From an uncultured Spirochaetota bacterium (lineage in GTDB: Bacteria; Spirochaetota; Spirochaetia; SZUA-6; Fen-1364): a stretch of 64,000 nt of DNA. Shown piece by piece: positions 40,005 to 50,065 of the stretch. The number at the start of each line of letters is the position of its first letter. Positions within the stretch are counted from its first letter, which is position 1. The position numbers and the translations under genes were made by a program. The stretch spans positions 1 to 64,000 of the forward strand of contig CAWJSK010000023.1 in assembly GCA_963845535.1 (NCBI GenBank). Reading direction: 5' to 3'. The notes below the pieces were generated by a model. That model was not told the DNA's origin. It did not search any database and saw only the letters and a list, made by a program, of their open reading frames with translations.

Positions 40005-42482
40005 CTAGTCAAGGAGCGGATTTCCCTTGCCGCCGGTGGCGGGCGTGTTCACGTCCGGTGTCGGCGAGTCGACGGGGGCAATGGTTGTGTCACCTCCCCC
40101 CATGCTGGAATTGATGAGGGATTTGCGAAGGTTCTGCTCTATTGTATCCGCGCGGTTTGCGTTGTATTCGTCGATTTCGTCGAAGGTCTTCGGCTCGGTG
40201 CCCGCCAGGAAGATCTCCTTGATGGTCTTCTTGGTATACGCGGTGGGCAGCAGCCCGGAGGTAGCGCTCACCTCGACGCTCACGAGCCCCGTCTCGGGCC
40301 GGTCGAACAACTTCAGGGGGAGGTTCTTATGCACCTCTTTCATGTACTTCGCCCAGGTGGGACCGGCAATGGCGGCGCCGGTCATCTCTGTTCCCAGTGA
40401 CCTGTTGCCCTGGTCAAATCCGTACCAGACCGCCGTGGTCATGTAGGGGGAATAGCCCACGGTCCACGCGTCCGACCAGTTCTGTGTGGTGCCTGTCTTG
40501 CCAGCAAAGGGCTGGCCTTTGTCGCTCCAGATGTCAAGCATGTTCCCCACGCCGCCGAGAGTCCCCTCCTTGATGGTGCTCTGGAGCATGCTCGTCATGA
40601 TGTATGCCGTCTGGGGGCTCATGATCTGCGCGGCGTCCCCCTTGCGGCTCTCCTGCCCCATGACCTCCTTGGCAGGCTCCAGGATGATCTTGCCGTTCCT
40701 GTCTTCGATGTAACGGATTGCCACGGGCACCACTTCACGGCCGTTGTTCGCGAAAACGGAGAATGCCCTGGCCATCTGCAGCGGGGAGACGGTGATGACG
40801 CCCAGCCCCAGCGGATAATAGCGGGGGAAGGTTTTCTCGATCTCCGCCGGATCCGTGATCCCCAGCATGCGGCTGGCCCGTTGGATGGCTGCGTCGAACC
40901 CAATTCCGTCCAGGATCTTCAGGGACGGCACGTTCATGGATTCTGCAAGGGCGTCCCGCATGAGGACGCGCCCGTGCCACTCCCCCTTGTAGTTGAGCGG
41001 CTCATACAGCGTGCCGTCAGGATTGTTGAACACCACGGGGGCGTCGAGGATCATGGTGGCCGGGGTGAACTTGCGTGAGTCGATTGCCGCGGAGTAGTAC
41101 AGCGGCTTGAAGGCGGAGCCCGGTTCGACCTTGGCCATGGTTGCCCGGTTGAACTGGTCCACGCCGAACTCCTTGCCCCCCACCATGGCGAGGATGTACC
41201 CGTTGCTGGGGTCGATGCTGATGAGGGCCCCCTGGACCTGCGTGCGCCGCGTCACGTTGAGGTCCGCCGCGTTGCCGGCGGAGACGATTGCCTGCGGCCG
41301 GTCCATGGAGAACATGGACGTGGCGAGCTCCACCGCGGGGTTGATGTTCTTGGCGTACTGCCGCTTCGTGTTTCCCGTGGCGTTCCTGTTGCGGTACATC
41401 AGGTCATCGATGTTGTACCCCAGGCCGAGCATGTCGATCATGGGAAGGAACTGGGCGTTGGAGAAGTTGATGCGGCTGTTGGCGAGGGCGAGGTAGCGGT
41501 TGTTGACGTCCTCGATGTCCTTCTTCATGCGCTCTTCCGCCACCGCCTGGTAGTCGAGGTTCAGCGTGGTGTGGACCACGAGGCCGTCGGTGAGGATGTC
41601 ATAGGAGCCGAACAGCAGCTCGTCGAGCTGGTTGCGGATGTATTCACTGAACCAGGGCGCCTTGTCCTCCCGTTCGAAGTAGGCCGTGGAATTTGGGCGC
41701 GTGTAGTCATATGTCGACCAATAGTCATTGAAGGAGGAGTCCGCATCCTGCTTCGTCACGTATCCCAGGCCCACCATCTGGTCCAACACGAGCCGCTGCA
41801 GCCTCTGCGCGCGCTGCGGGTTCTTGATGGGAGAGTAGAGGCCGGGCTTGGCGAGCTGGATGACGAGCATCACGGATTCCGCCAGCGTATCCTCCTGGAC
41901 GGGATGCTTGAAAAAGAACTTGCTCGCGGCTTGCACGCCCTGCGTGTTGTGCCCGAAAGGCATCTCGTTGAGGTACATCTGGAGGATTTCCTGTTTCGTG
42001 TACCTGCGCTCCATCTGGATTGCCCACCACAGCTCCACGAGCTTGCGCCGGATGGAGATGTCCGACCTGTCCGCGTAGAGACGCCCCGCGAGCTGTTGCG
42101 TCAGCGTGCTTGCCCCCGAGACGTAGCGGCCCGTGGCAATGTTGAACAACGCGCGCAGGAGGCCGCGAAAACTGAACCCGTGATGGGAAAAAAAGTTGCG
42201 GTCTTCCCGCGTGAGCAAGGCGTCAACGAGATGCTGCGGGACCTGGTCTATGGTGATCAGCTCCCGGTTCTGGTCTCCGAAGAACTCCGTGATCTCCCGG
42301 TCATGGATGTCGAGGATCCGGGTGGGAAGCGCCGGCTTATGGTCGCCGAACTGCTCTTTCATCGAGATGTTCCTGGTGGCCGCCAGCGCAAGACCGAGGG
42401 ACACTCCGATGAGCAGCGCAACGGCAAATGCGACCATCAACAATATTTCGAAGAGGGACCTTTTTCGGAGTATCTGACGCAC
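40005..42482 (-). CDS. class A penicillin-binding protein (PBP1A)
   Basis: Transglycosylase EDRNF..H.G, GASTLTQQL; transpeptidase SAFK, SMN, KTG. Confidence 0.95.
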   Translation of the reverse strand: MRQILRKRSLFEILLMVAFAVALLIGVSLGLALAATRNISMKEQFGDHKPALPTRILDIHDREITEFFGDQNRELITIDQVPQHLVDALLTREDRNFFSHHGFSFRGLLRALFNIATGRYVSGASTLTQQLAGRLYADRSDISIRRKLVELWWAIQMERRYTKQEILQMYLNEMPFGHNTQGVQAASKFFFKHPVQEDTLAESVMLVIQLAKPGLYSPIKNPQRAQRLQRLVLDQMVGLGYVTKQDADSSFNDYWSTYDYTRPNSTAYFEREDKAPWFSEYIRNQLDELLFGSYDILTDGLVVHTTLNLDYQAVAEERMKKDIEDVNNRYLALANSRINFSNAQFLPMIDMLGLGYNIDDLMYRNRNATGNTKRQYAKNINPAVELATSMFSMDRPQAIVSAGNAADLNVTRRTQVQGALISIDPSNGYILAMVGGKEFGVDQFNRATMAKVEPGSAFKPLYYSAAIDSRKFTPATMILDAPVVFNNPDGTLYEPLNYKGEWHGRVLMRDALAESMNVPSLKILDGIGFDAAIQRASRMLGITDPAEIEKTFPRYYPLGLGVITVSPLQMARAFSVFANNGREVVPVAIRYIEDRNGKIILEPAKEVMGQESRKGDAAQIMSPQTAYIMTSMLQSTIKEGTLGGVGNMLDIWSDKGQPFAGKTGTTQNWSDAWTVGYSPYMTTAVWYGFDQGNRSLGTEMTGAAIAGPTWAKYMKEVHKNLPLKLFDRPETGLVSVEVSATSGLLPTAYTKKTIKEIFLAGTEPKTFDEIDEYNANRADTIEQNLRKSLINSSMGGGDTTIAPVDSPTPDVNTPATGGKGNPLLD

Positions 42483-42488
42483 GCGAAA

Positions 42489-42517
42489 AGGATATGAGCC
42501 GGCGGTGCCTTTGTCAA
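42489..42517 (-). promoter_or_regulatory. sigma70-type promoter of PBP1A (likely leaderless)
   Basis: TTGACA-N17-TATCCT, 6 nt before the GTG start. Confidence 0.7.
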
Positions 42518-42591
42518 CGGAGGAGGACCGAGCGAGTCACGACCAAGCGGAGCGGGACCGAGCTGCCGGCCGCCACTGTTTTCAGCGACGC

Positions 42592-42625
42592 AAAAAAAGA
42601 GGCCGACCCCCGAAGGAGCCGGCCT
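42592..42625 (-). terminator. intrinsic terminator
   Basis: AGGCCGGCTCC-TTCG-GGGGTCGGCCT followed by C and T7. Confidence 0.9.
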
Positions 42626-42690
42626 GCCTGGTGTGGTGCCTTCCAATATAGTAAACTGGGAGGGGAACTATATCTTGGACACCAACACCT
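42592..42690 (-). ncRNA. candidate small regulatory RNA with a C-rich loop
   Basis: Long hairpin 42630-42689 with loop UCCCCUCCCAGUUU followed by the terminator; sigma28-like promoter upstream. Confidence 0.5.
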
Positions 42691-42693
42691 TTA

Positions 42694-42722
42694 TTATCGT
42701 CCCCATACCTCCGCAAACTTTA
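42694..42722 (-). promoter_or_regulatory. sigma28 (FliA)-like promoter
   Basis: TAAAGTTT-N13-GACGATAA; the E. coli consensus is TAAAGTTT-N11-GCCGATAA, so the spacer is 2 nt long. Confidence 0.45.
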
Positions 42723-43637
42723 ATATTTTCTCACCGCCAAAAGCGGAAAAGGATCAGTAACGCTCCCTTTCCTTATCACCTCGAAGTGGAGGTGAGGGCC
42801 TGTTGCCCGGCCCGTGTGACCCACGGCGCCGATAACCTCTCCAGCATTTACCCTCTGCTTCATAGTAACACCAATCATCGACAGGTGTCCATAGAGGGTC
42901 TGGTAGGCTCCCGGATGATCCAGGACAACAAAATTGCCGAACGTCTCGTTGTGACCGATCTCTGAGACCACTCCATCCCGCGCCGCATGCACCTCCGTGC
43001 CGTCCGGGGCGCCAATGTCTATGCCGGTGTGGAACTCAGGCCTTCCCGTGAAAGGGTCCTTGCGAGGACCGAACAGGGACGTGATCCTGCCCCGGGCAAT
43101 CGGGAACTCGAAAAGGATTCCGAGGAAATATGCGCGCTCGATCGGGGTGAACTGCTCTCCCGCAAAGAAGAGGACGGCGGAGGTACGATCCTGGCGCGTA
43201 ACGATGAGCTTCTGCGGCTTCCTGCCGGCGGCCAGGAGCGTCGACAACATCATGTCCTCGAGCGCGGATCGGGGAGGGTCGTTCACGAACAGGCCCGCCT
43301 GGCTCGAGATAAGGATTTTGCGGCGTTCCGTGAATGCTTCCGTGCTGCCGGCTCCATTGAGGGTGGCCAGCGTGTCATAGGGAAGCCCGAGGCGCGCGTT
43401 CAAGGAAAAAAGGTCCTCGCCCTTGCGGAGGTGGTACTCGAAAATGCTGAGCGGCGGCAGGACGCCGGGCTCACGCGCCCTGGCAATGCGGTAGTAGTCC
43501 TCCAGCTCCGACTGGTGTTGAACGAACAAAGGGTCATCCGAGCTCAGCACCCGGATCAGGGGATAGTCCGAGGCCGCGGCGTGTGAGGCCGCAAAGAGGA
43601 ACAGGAGGAACGTCGTGACGGCAAGGCTTCGCTTCAC
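42720..43637 (-). CDS. LysM + M23 family peptidoglycan peptidase
   Basis: Signal peptide, LysM-like segment, HTGID, YGHL, TGPHLHFE. Confidence 0.9.
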   Translation of the reverse strand: MKRSLAVTTFLLFLFAASHAAASDYPLIRVLSSDDPLFVQHQSELEDYYRIARAREPGVLPPLSIFEYHLRKGEDLFSLNARLGLPYDTLATLNGAGSTEAFTERRKILISSQAGLFVNDPPRSALEDMMLSTLLAAGRKPQKLIVTRQDRTSAVLFFAGEQFTPIERAYFLGILFEFPIARGRITSLFGPRKDPFTGRPEFHTGIDIGAPDGTEVHAARDGVVSEIGHNETFGNFVVLDHPGAYQTLYGHLSMIGVTMKQRVNAGEVIGAVGHTGRATGPHLHFEVIRKGSVTDPFPLLAVRKY

Positions 43638-44104
43638 TCTTTCCTGATTTTCGGCAGGATTACCGCGCCCCTGGATGCCTTTGCGCCCCTGCGGGCCAGG
43701 CCCAGAAGCACCAGGAGGCCGAAGCAGACTATCAGGAGGGGCACCGCGAAGATCCACATTCCGCGGTAGAAGAGCGCTATTGCCAGGTAAAGCCCGCAGA
43801 GGAGGATGACGGCTTGCAAGACGCCAAGCACTCCGGACAGCGCCGAGCGCCGCGGGCCGCCTGTGTCCCGGGGGGCATTTCTCCCCTTGAGGATGGACGG
43901 TATGATCGCGAAAATTATCCCGCACGCGGCAAGGATGAGGGCGAAAGCCGTGTACGCCGTGCGCGCGGAGGTGGCGAAGTACCACAGCGGCCAGGCAATC
44001 ACCAACCCCGCGGCGGCGCTCCCCGCCACCAGGAGGGCGAGGAAGCCGATCTTGCGGGCCGCCTCCCCCCATGCGCGGAGGACGAACCCAAGCTCCCGCT
44101 TCAC
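43634..44104 (-). CDS. four-TM hypothetical membrane protein
   Basis: Four hydrophobic segments; GTGA overlaps with both neighbours. Confidence 0.7.
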   Translation of the reverse strand: MKRELGFVLRAWGEAARKIGFLALLVAGSAAAGLVIAWPLWYFATSARTAYTAFALILAACGIIFAIIPSILKGRNAPRDTGGPRRSALSGVLGVLQAVILLCGLYLAIALFYRGMWIFAVPLLIVCFGLLVLLGLARRGAKASRGAVILPKIRKE

Positions 44105-45036
44105 GGCGCGCCGGCCTTCACAAGGGCCTGCTGGTAGCCTTGCGCTTCCTCATTCCTTCCCAGGCTCTGGGCCATCGAGACGAGCTGGGTCAGGCTCTTT
44201 TTCATGCCGTCCTTGTCACCCAGGGAGGTGAAGACGCTGTACGCGCGCTGGTAATAGTCATACGCTGCCGCCGTGTCGCCCTTTTTTGCGGCGATCAACG
44301 CCATGGCATAGAGGTCCTTCGCGATGCCGGGCGAGTTCTCGATCTTCTTGTCGATGGCGAGGGCCTGCTCTATGTTGCTCGAGGCCGCCGCGAAGTCCCC
44401 CTGCTTGGAGTGGACCGAGGCGATCATGTAATAGTCGGCGGCGGCCGGTTCCAGGAGCTTGTTTATGAGATTGTTCTGCAAAGCCTTGGAGAACCAGTCC
44501 AGCGCTTTCGCCATGTCCCCGGAAGCCTTCCAGGCGGCGCCGATGTCATGGTACAGGACGCCCGTTTGCATGGGGGTCAGTTTCACCTGCTGGGCGGAGA
44601 CCGCCTCCTGCAGGATGCCGAGTGACTTCTGCGGGTCCTCTTCCCGCAGGTACAGCTCGCCCAGGCTGATCGATGCATTGATGAAAAGCGGCGCGCTGCG
44701 CGCGCGCGCCTGCTCTCTGGCCGAGGTCAGCATGTCCTGCGCGGCCTGCAGCCGGTCCGTTGCGAGGTACACCTGGCCAATGGCGATGCGCGACCTGATG
44801 ACACCTTCTACGTTGTCCACCGAGCCGTTGGCATCCAGCGCCTGGGTGAAGAACTGGAGGGCCAGATCATAGCGACCCTGGCTGAAGTACTGCTGTCCCG
44901 ACACTTCCGCGTCCGCTGCCTGGTTCTTGACGTTCGTCGTGGTGTCACTCTTCGCCGGGGCGGACGAGCAGCTCGCGGCAAACACGGCGACCAGGCCGAT
45001 GAGAAGAAGCTGCGCGGCAGGGGATTTCGCTTTCAT
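44101..45036 (-). CDS. TPR lipoprotein
   Basis: Lipobox-like AASC and TPR repeats. Confidence 0.85.
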   Translation of the reverse strand: MKAKSPAAQLLLIGLVAVFAASCSSAPAKSDTTTNVKNQAADAEVSGQQYFSQGRYDLALQFFTQALDANGSVDNVEGVIRSRIAIGQVYLATDRLQAAQDMLTSAREQARARSAPLFINASISLGELYLREEDPQKSLGILQEAVSAQQVKLTPMQTGVLYHDIGAAWKASGDMAKALDWFSKALQNNLINKLLEPAAADYYMIASVHSKQGDFAAASSNIEQALAIDKKIENSPGIAKDLYAMALIAAKKGDTAAAYDYYQRAYSVFTSLGDKDGMKKSLTQLVSMAQSLGRNEEAQGYQQALVKAGAP

Positions 45037-46166
45037 CAGAAGTCCTCGTCCCGGTAGCTTTGCAGCGTGTCGGGAGGCTGCGGCTTCGGAGGTATGCCGC
45101 CTCTCAGAAGCGGGTTGTTCTTTGCCGCCTCCAGGACGTCATTGCCCTTGTCGAGGGCGCTCGTGCCTTTTTCCAGGACGGTCGAGATCTGGGGCCGCGT
45201 GCTGTTGATGAACTCCATGAAGCTCCTGAGCTGGGCAATTGTCTCATCAGCGTTCTTGATGGAATCCTCCACCTGGTTGTAGAGCTGGTTCTGGTCATTG
45301 AGGAACGTGTCAATGGAGCCCTTGGGATCAAGCAGGCGTTTGGCGAGCCCCTGCGTGTTTTTCAAGTCCCCGGTCATGTCCTTGATGTTCTGGGAGATTT
45401 CGTCGAGGTTCGTGGACAGGTCCCCAATCACTCCTCGGGTCTTGACGGTGATGTCCTGGAGGTTGTCTGAAATCACCGTCACCTTGTCCAGCAACGTGTT
45501 GACGCGGCTCGACATTCCGTCAACCGCGTTGTTGACCTTCCCCGGGGTTGCCGCGAGGCTGTCCATCATCTCCCCCATGGGCCCGCCCCCCCGCCCGCTC
45601 ATGGCCGTGTCCAGCGTGCCGGTCATGTGGTGAATGTCTGCGATGGTCGCGCGGGTCTCATCAAGGATTGGGTTGAGCTTCGCAATGACGGAGCCGATCA
45701 CGTCCTCCCCCTTGGGGATGGTGACCAGCCCCCTGTCCACGAGCTTCTGACCTTCCTCCGAATCCAGGGACGGAATGTACGACATCTCGGGAAGAGGCGG
45801 TCCCTTGTCATTGCCGGGATGGAACTTCAGCGAAACTCCGAGCCCGATGGGGCTGGTGGCGAGCTCGAGAACCGAGTACCGGTGGACCCGGTCGTAATAG
45901 GTGTCCTGGATGGAGAACTGCGCGTCCACTTCGTTCTGCGGGTTCAGCTTGATACGGGAAATCCGCCCGACCTCGAACCCTTTCAACATGATGGGCATGC
46001 CGACCGCGAGGCCGTCAGCGGAGGAGAACCTGCTGATGAACGTGTAGTTGCGCGCGAACCATCTCTGGTTCACCCCAATGACCACGAGGATGACTCCCAC
46101 GCCGATGATGGCAAGAAGCACGAAAACGCCGACCACCTGTTCCGCGAACCGGATCCTGAGCTTCAT
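45036..46166 (-). CDS. mlaD: MlaD/MCE family substrate-binding protein
   Basis: N-terminal TM helix, F.SADGL..G.PI..KG.EVG.I, long helical tail. Confidence 0.88.
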   Translation of the reverse strand: MKLRIRFAEQVVGVFVLLAIIGVGVILVVIGVNQRWFARNYTFISRFSSADGLAVGMPIMLKGFEVGRISRIKLNPQNEVDAQFSIQDTYYDRVHRYSVLELATSPIGLGVSLKFHPGNDKGPPLPEMSYIPSLDSEEGQKLVDRGLVTIPKGEDVIGSVIAKLNPILDETRATIADIHHMTGTLDTAMSGRGGGPMGEMMDSLAATPGKVNNAVDGMSSRVNTLLDKVTVISDNLQDITVKTRGVIGDLSTNLDEISQNIKDMTGDLKNTQGLAKRLLDPKGSIDTFLNDQNQLYNQVEDSIKNADETIAQLRSFMEFINSTRPQISTVLEKGTSALDKGNDVLEAAKNNPLLRGGIPPKPQPPDTLQSYRDEDF

Positions 46167-46197
46167 GGTGTCCCCCTCACGGCGTCCCTGGACTTCC

Positions 46198-47022
46198 TCA
46201 CTTTGGCCCGTCCTTGTCTTCCGCGTCGAGAAGCTCGAGCAGGTCGGTGTCATACGAGGCGATCTCTCCGAGGACCTCCGCAAGGATTTCCCGGGTGCGT
46301 TCATCTCGGCTGCGCTTCACGGAATCGAAATCACCGGTCTCACGGATCACCCCGGCGTCCAGGATGATCAGCTTGTCGGCGAGGGTCGAGGTGAGCCGGG
46401 GGTCATGGGTGACCGCGAGGATTGCGCACCCCCGGGCTTTCACGTCGGCAATCATCTGGCTGACTTTTCCTTCCATGGTGTGGTCGATGGAGAGCGTGGG
46501 CTCGTCCATGAACAGGATGGCGGGCTCCGTGATGAGCGCCCGCAGGACGGAGGCGATTTTCTTCTCTCCCCCGGAGAGCCCCGCCGGACGGATGCCGGCG
46601 CTCTCCTCGAGTCCGGCGCGCTCGAGAGCCCTGACCACCCGGCGTTGGACCTCCGCCGGAGGAAGCTCGGGGAAATGAACCTGGAGGGGGAGCGCGAGGT
46701 TCTCCATCAGGGTCTTGTTTTCCCACAGCGCCCCATCCTGGAAGATGAATCCGCTTGCCTTGCGGAGCTCCCGCATTCCCGCTTCGGACATCTGCAGCAT
46801 GTCCTTTCCCCGGAAGAACACTTTCCCGGAATCCGGCGGGATCAGACCGGCAACGGTTTTCAAGAGCGTGCTCTTGCCGCTGCCCGAAGGCCCCATGATC
46901 ACCGTGCTCATCCCGGCGAGGAAGGAAAGATTCACGTCCCGCAAGATGTCGCGTCCGCCGAGGCGAACCGTGACGTCCCGGAGGTTGATCAACGTAGCTG
47001 CTGCGTCGGCCGTCTGGTCCAT
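46198..47022 (-). CDS. mlaF: MlaF-like ABC transporter ATPase
   Basis: GPSGSGKS, FQDGAL, LSGGE, MDEP, VTHD. Confidence 0.9.
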   Translation of the reverse strand: MDQTADAAATLINLRDVTVRLGGRDILRDVNLSFLAGMSTVIMGPSGSGKSTLLKTVAGLIPPDSGKVFFRGKDMLQMSEAGMRELRKASGFIFQDGALWENKTLMENLALPLQVHFPELPPAEVQRRVVRALERAGLEESAGIRPAGLSGGEKKIASVLRALITEPAILFMDEPTLSIDHTMEGKVSQMIADVKARGCAILAVTHDPRLTSTLADKLIILDAGVIRETGDFDSVKRSRDERTREILAEVLGEIASYDTDLLELLDAEDKDGPK

Positions 47023-47036
47023 CAGGTCGCCTTCAC

Positions 47037-47813
47037 TTACACGTACGAGATGAGAGTTATCAAGGCATTCGCGAGAAAACACAGGACAAAGCCCTGCCCG
47101 ACCGCCTTGATGGCGGCGCGCGGGATTTCCGTGACCGAGGAGCCCACCTTGAAGCCTTGAAACGTCGCGACGACGGAGGCGATGACCCCGAAAACGAAGG
47201 ACTTCACGATCGTGGAAACCAGGTCCTTGGGCTGCAGGGCCTGCAGGAGCGCGCGGAAGTATTCCACCACAGGCACGGGCTTGATGAGCTGGGAGACGAG
47301 GTAGGAGCCGAACAGCCCGAAGAAGTTGAAGTAGATCGTCAGGGCCATCATGGAGATGGTAACGCCAAGGACGCGCGGGACGACGAGGTAGGAGATGGGG
47401 CTGATCCCCACGGACACGTACGCCTCCACCTCGTGAGAGACCACCATGTTGCCCAGCTCGGTGGCAATTGCGGTCCCGGATCGGGCAATGATGATGAACG
47501 CGGTGAGGATGGGTCCCAGCTCCCGGGTGATCACCACGATGAGGATCGAATACATGAGGCTGGTCTGCCCGAAGCGGGGCAGGATGGTCCCCCCTTCGAC
47601 AATGATGACCGCCCCAATGGAAAGGGCGACGAGGGAGACGATGCTCAGGGCCTCGACCCCGGTGAACAGGATCTGCAGGACGAGCACACGAAAGGCCACC
47701 TGGCGGCGGCGCATAAAAAGCGCCGTCTCCCTGAGCACGAGAAAAAAAAAGCCCAGCGCGTAGGAATAATCCCGCGCTTTCCGACCAGCCCATCTCCCCA
47801 GAGCCTCGACCAT
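47037..47813 (-). CDS. mlaE: MlaE family ABC permease
   Basis: RELGPILTAFIIIARSGTAIATELG.M....EV.A, YLVVPR. Confidence 0.92.
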   Translation of the reverse strand: MVEALGRWAGRKARDYSYALGFFFLVLRETALFMRRRQVAFRVLVLQILFTGVEALSIVSLVALSIGAVIIVEGGTILPRFGQTSLMYSILIVVITRELGPILTAFIIIARSGTAIATELGNMVVSHEVEAYVSVGISPISYLVVPRVLGVTISMMALTIYFNFFGLFGSYLVSQLIKPVPVVEYFRALLQALQPKDLVSTIVKSFVFGVIASVVATFQGFKVGSSVTEIPRAAIKAVGQGFVLCFLANALITLISYV

Positions 47814-47829
47814 CGGCTCGGAGTATAGT

Positions 47830-48733
47830 TCAGCCGGGCAGCCGTTGCAATGGAAGAGAGTCAAGGAGCTCGTCCGGAACCCCGCGCCCCGCGGTGGCGT
47901 TCCCCAGTTTCCTCTGCGGCATGTGCTCGCCATGGAAGTCCAGAGCCACCGGTCACCAGGAGTCCGAGCCCGGCGGCAAGCCGCCGGAACTGGCGGGATT
48001 CCGAAAGCTGATGGTTGGGGTGCCAGACCTCCAGGCCGTCGACCCCCTGGTCCTTGCAGGAAGAGAGGAATTGGCGCAGCGCCGGCCCTTTCAAGCCCAG
48101 GGAGACGGGGTGGGCCACGACCGCAATGCCTCCGGCGGAGTGAATGAGCGCGGCGGCTTCCCGAAGGGCAAGGCACGCTCGCGGCTCGTAGTATGCCTGG
48201 CCTTTCCCAATGAGCCGGGAAAAAGCGGCGTCAATCGAGTTGACGATCTTCTTGCGAACGAAAAGTTTGGCGAAATGAGCCCGACTTATGATTTTCCCGC
48301 CCGCCATCTCGTTCAGCTCTTCCATGGACACGGGAATGCCGTCCCTTTGGAGCTTCTCCACCATGCGGACATTTCTTGCGTGTCGCGCTTCCCGAAGCCG
48401 CACGAGCGCCGCTTCCAGCGCTTCCCGGCGCTCCGAGAGCCCGAGGCCCAGGAGGTGGAACTCGCCGTTCGACTGCGCAGGCTGCGCCCCGGGCCGCGCC
48501 TTTGCCTCGGCCCGCGGCCCCACCTCCGCGTCGCGGTCTATCTCGATCTCGACACCGGCAAAGAAACGGAGGCCTGAGCCGGCGGATCGTGCGCGCGCCG
48601 CGGCGACTCCGTCGAGCGTGTCATGGTCGGTGAGCGCCAACGCCGAAAGCCCGGCCTCCAGCGCGAGGTCGATGAGCCTTTCCGGCGTGCAGGAGCCGTC
48701 GGACGCCGTGGAGTGCGTGTGGAGGTCGATCAT
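47830..48733 (-). CDS. PHP-domain phosphoesterase (+1 frameshift near 47940)
   Basis: IDLHTHSTASDG, LTDHD, GVEI, HLLG, AHP. Removing one base restores TGGSDFHG and a stop at 47830. Confidence 0.9.
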
Positions 48734-48769
48734 TTGACATGAATATAACCTATCGCATACTCTCGATCC

Positions 48770-50065
48770 ATGAACCCGACCTTCCGCGCCGCGCGCGGAA
48801 TAGGGGGTGAGTATACGCCTCCGCCGGACAAGTCGATCACTCACCGCGCCCTGATGCTCGCGGCCATCGGCTCCGGCGCAAGCGCGGTGGTCCATCCGCT
48901 TGCAACGGGAGACTGCGTCTCCACGCGCCGCTGTCTGGAGGCACTGGGGTGCTCTTTTGAGGACACGGACCACGCCGTGCGCGTCAAAGGCGCGGGCTTG
49001 CGCGGTTTCACGGAGCCGAAACGGCTTCTGGACGCGGAGAACTCAGGAACCACCACCCGCCTCCTGTCCGGACTGCTTGCCGGTCTTCCCCTATTTGCGG
49101 TTCTCACGGGGGACCAGTCCCTCTTGGGAAGGCCAATGGCCCGCGTTGTGCAGCCGCTGCGCCAGATGGGCGCAAAGATCGAAGGCAGGGACGGCGGAAA
49201 ATACGCGCCCCTGTGCTTCCTTCCCGGTTCGGGGGACCTTGCCCCGCTTTCCTATTGCCTTCCCGTGCCCAGCGCGCAAGTGAAAAGCTGCCTCCTGCTC
49301 GCCGCGCTCCGCGCCGGCGGAGATTCGCGCATCAGCGGCAAGACTCATTCCCGTGATCACACGGAGCGAATGCTCACCGCCCTTGGCGTGAGGGTGGAAA
49401 GCGGCCCGGACGCCATACTGCTTCGCCCTCCGCAAAATCTCCCGGCCTTCGAAATCGAGGTCCCCGGGGACCCATCATCCGCGTCGTTCTTCATCGCGGC
49501 CTCCTTGATCTCCAACCAGAAGCTTCTGGTGCGCGGCTGCGGGATCAATCCCAGCAGGAACGGCTTCCTGAACGTCGCGCGCCGCATGGGCGCGCGCGTG
49601 GAAACCCGCCAGGAAATGGTTTCCCTCGGAGAGCCGGCCGGAAGCATCGAAGTGACCGCGGGCGCGCTCACCGGAGCCCGAATCGACGCTGAGGAAGTAC
49701 CGGAGCTCATTGATGAGATACCGCTCCTGGCCGTTCTCGGGCTTTTCTGCCGCGGCGTCACCGAGGTACGGGGCGCGGAGGAGCTGCGCTTCAAGGAGAG
49801 CGACCGCCTGGCCATGATCAGGCGCCTTGTCGAAGGGCTGGGAGGCCGGGTGGAGATCTACGAGGACGGATTTGCCGTGGAAGGCCCGCAGAAGCTGCGT
49901 TCCGGCGTCATCGACCCCCGGGGGGACCACCGCATTGCCATGGCGGCCGCCGTGGCCGCCGCGGGGATCACGAACGGCGTGCGCGTGCAGGGGTTTGAAT
50001 GCGCGGCGGTGTCGTATCCGGATTTTGCCCGGGACTTCGCCGCCCTCGGCGGGGAGGTGGCGTGA
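48770..50065 (+). CDS. aroA: 3-phosphoshikimate 1-carboxyvinyltransferase
   Basis: PDKSITHR, NSGTT.R, SAQVKS, RDHTERML, KESDR, DHRIAM. Confidence 0.97.
   Translation: MNPTFRAARGIGGEYTPPPDKSITHRALMLAAIGSGASAVVHPLATGDCVSTRRCLEALGCSFEDTDHAVRVKGAGLRGFTEPKRLLDAENSGTTTRLLSGLLAGLPLFAVLTGDQSLLGRPMARVVQPLRQMGAKIEGRDGGKYAPLCFLPGSGDLAPLSYCLPVPSAQVKSCLLLAALRAGGDSRISGKTHSRDHTERMLTALGVRVESGPDAILLRPPQNLPAFEIEVPGDPSSASFFIAASLISNQKLLVRGCGINPSRNGFLNVARRMGARVETRQEMVSLGEPAGSIEVTAGALTGARIDAEEVPELIDEIPLLAVLGLFCRGVTEVRGAEELRFKESDRLAMIRRLVEGLGGRVEIYEDGFAVEGPQKLRSGVIDPRGDHRIAMAAAVAAAGITNGVRVQGFECAAVSYPDFARDFAALGGEVA

Noticed and set aside
46198..47793. Long N-terminal extensions in the ORF track (mlaF 531 aa and 528 aa, M23 450 aa, HD 690 aa)
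   Set aside because: The extensions overlap upstream genes in another frame; downstream starts fit the domain boundaries and coupling.
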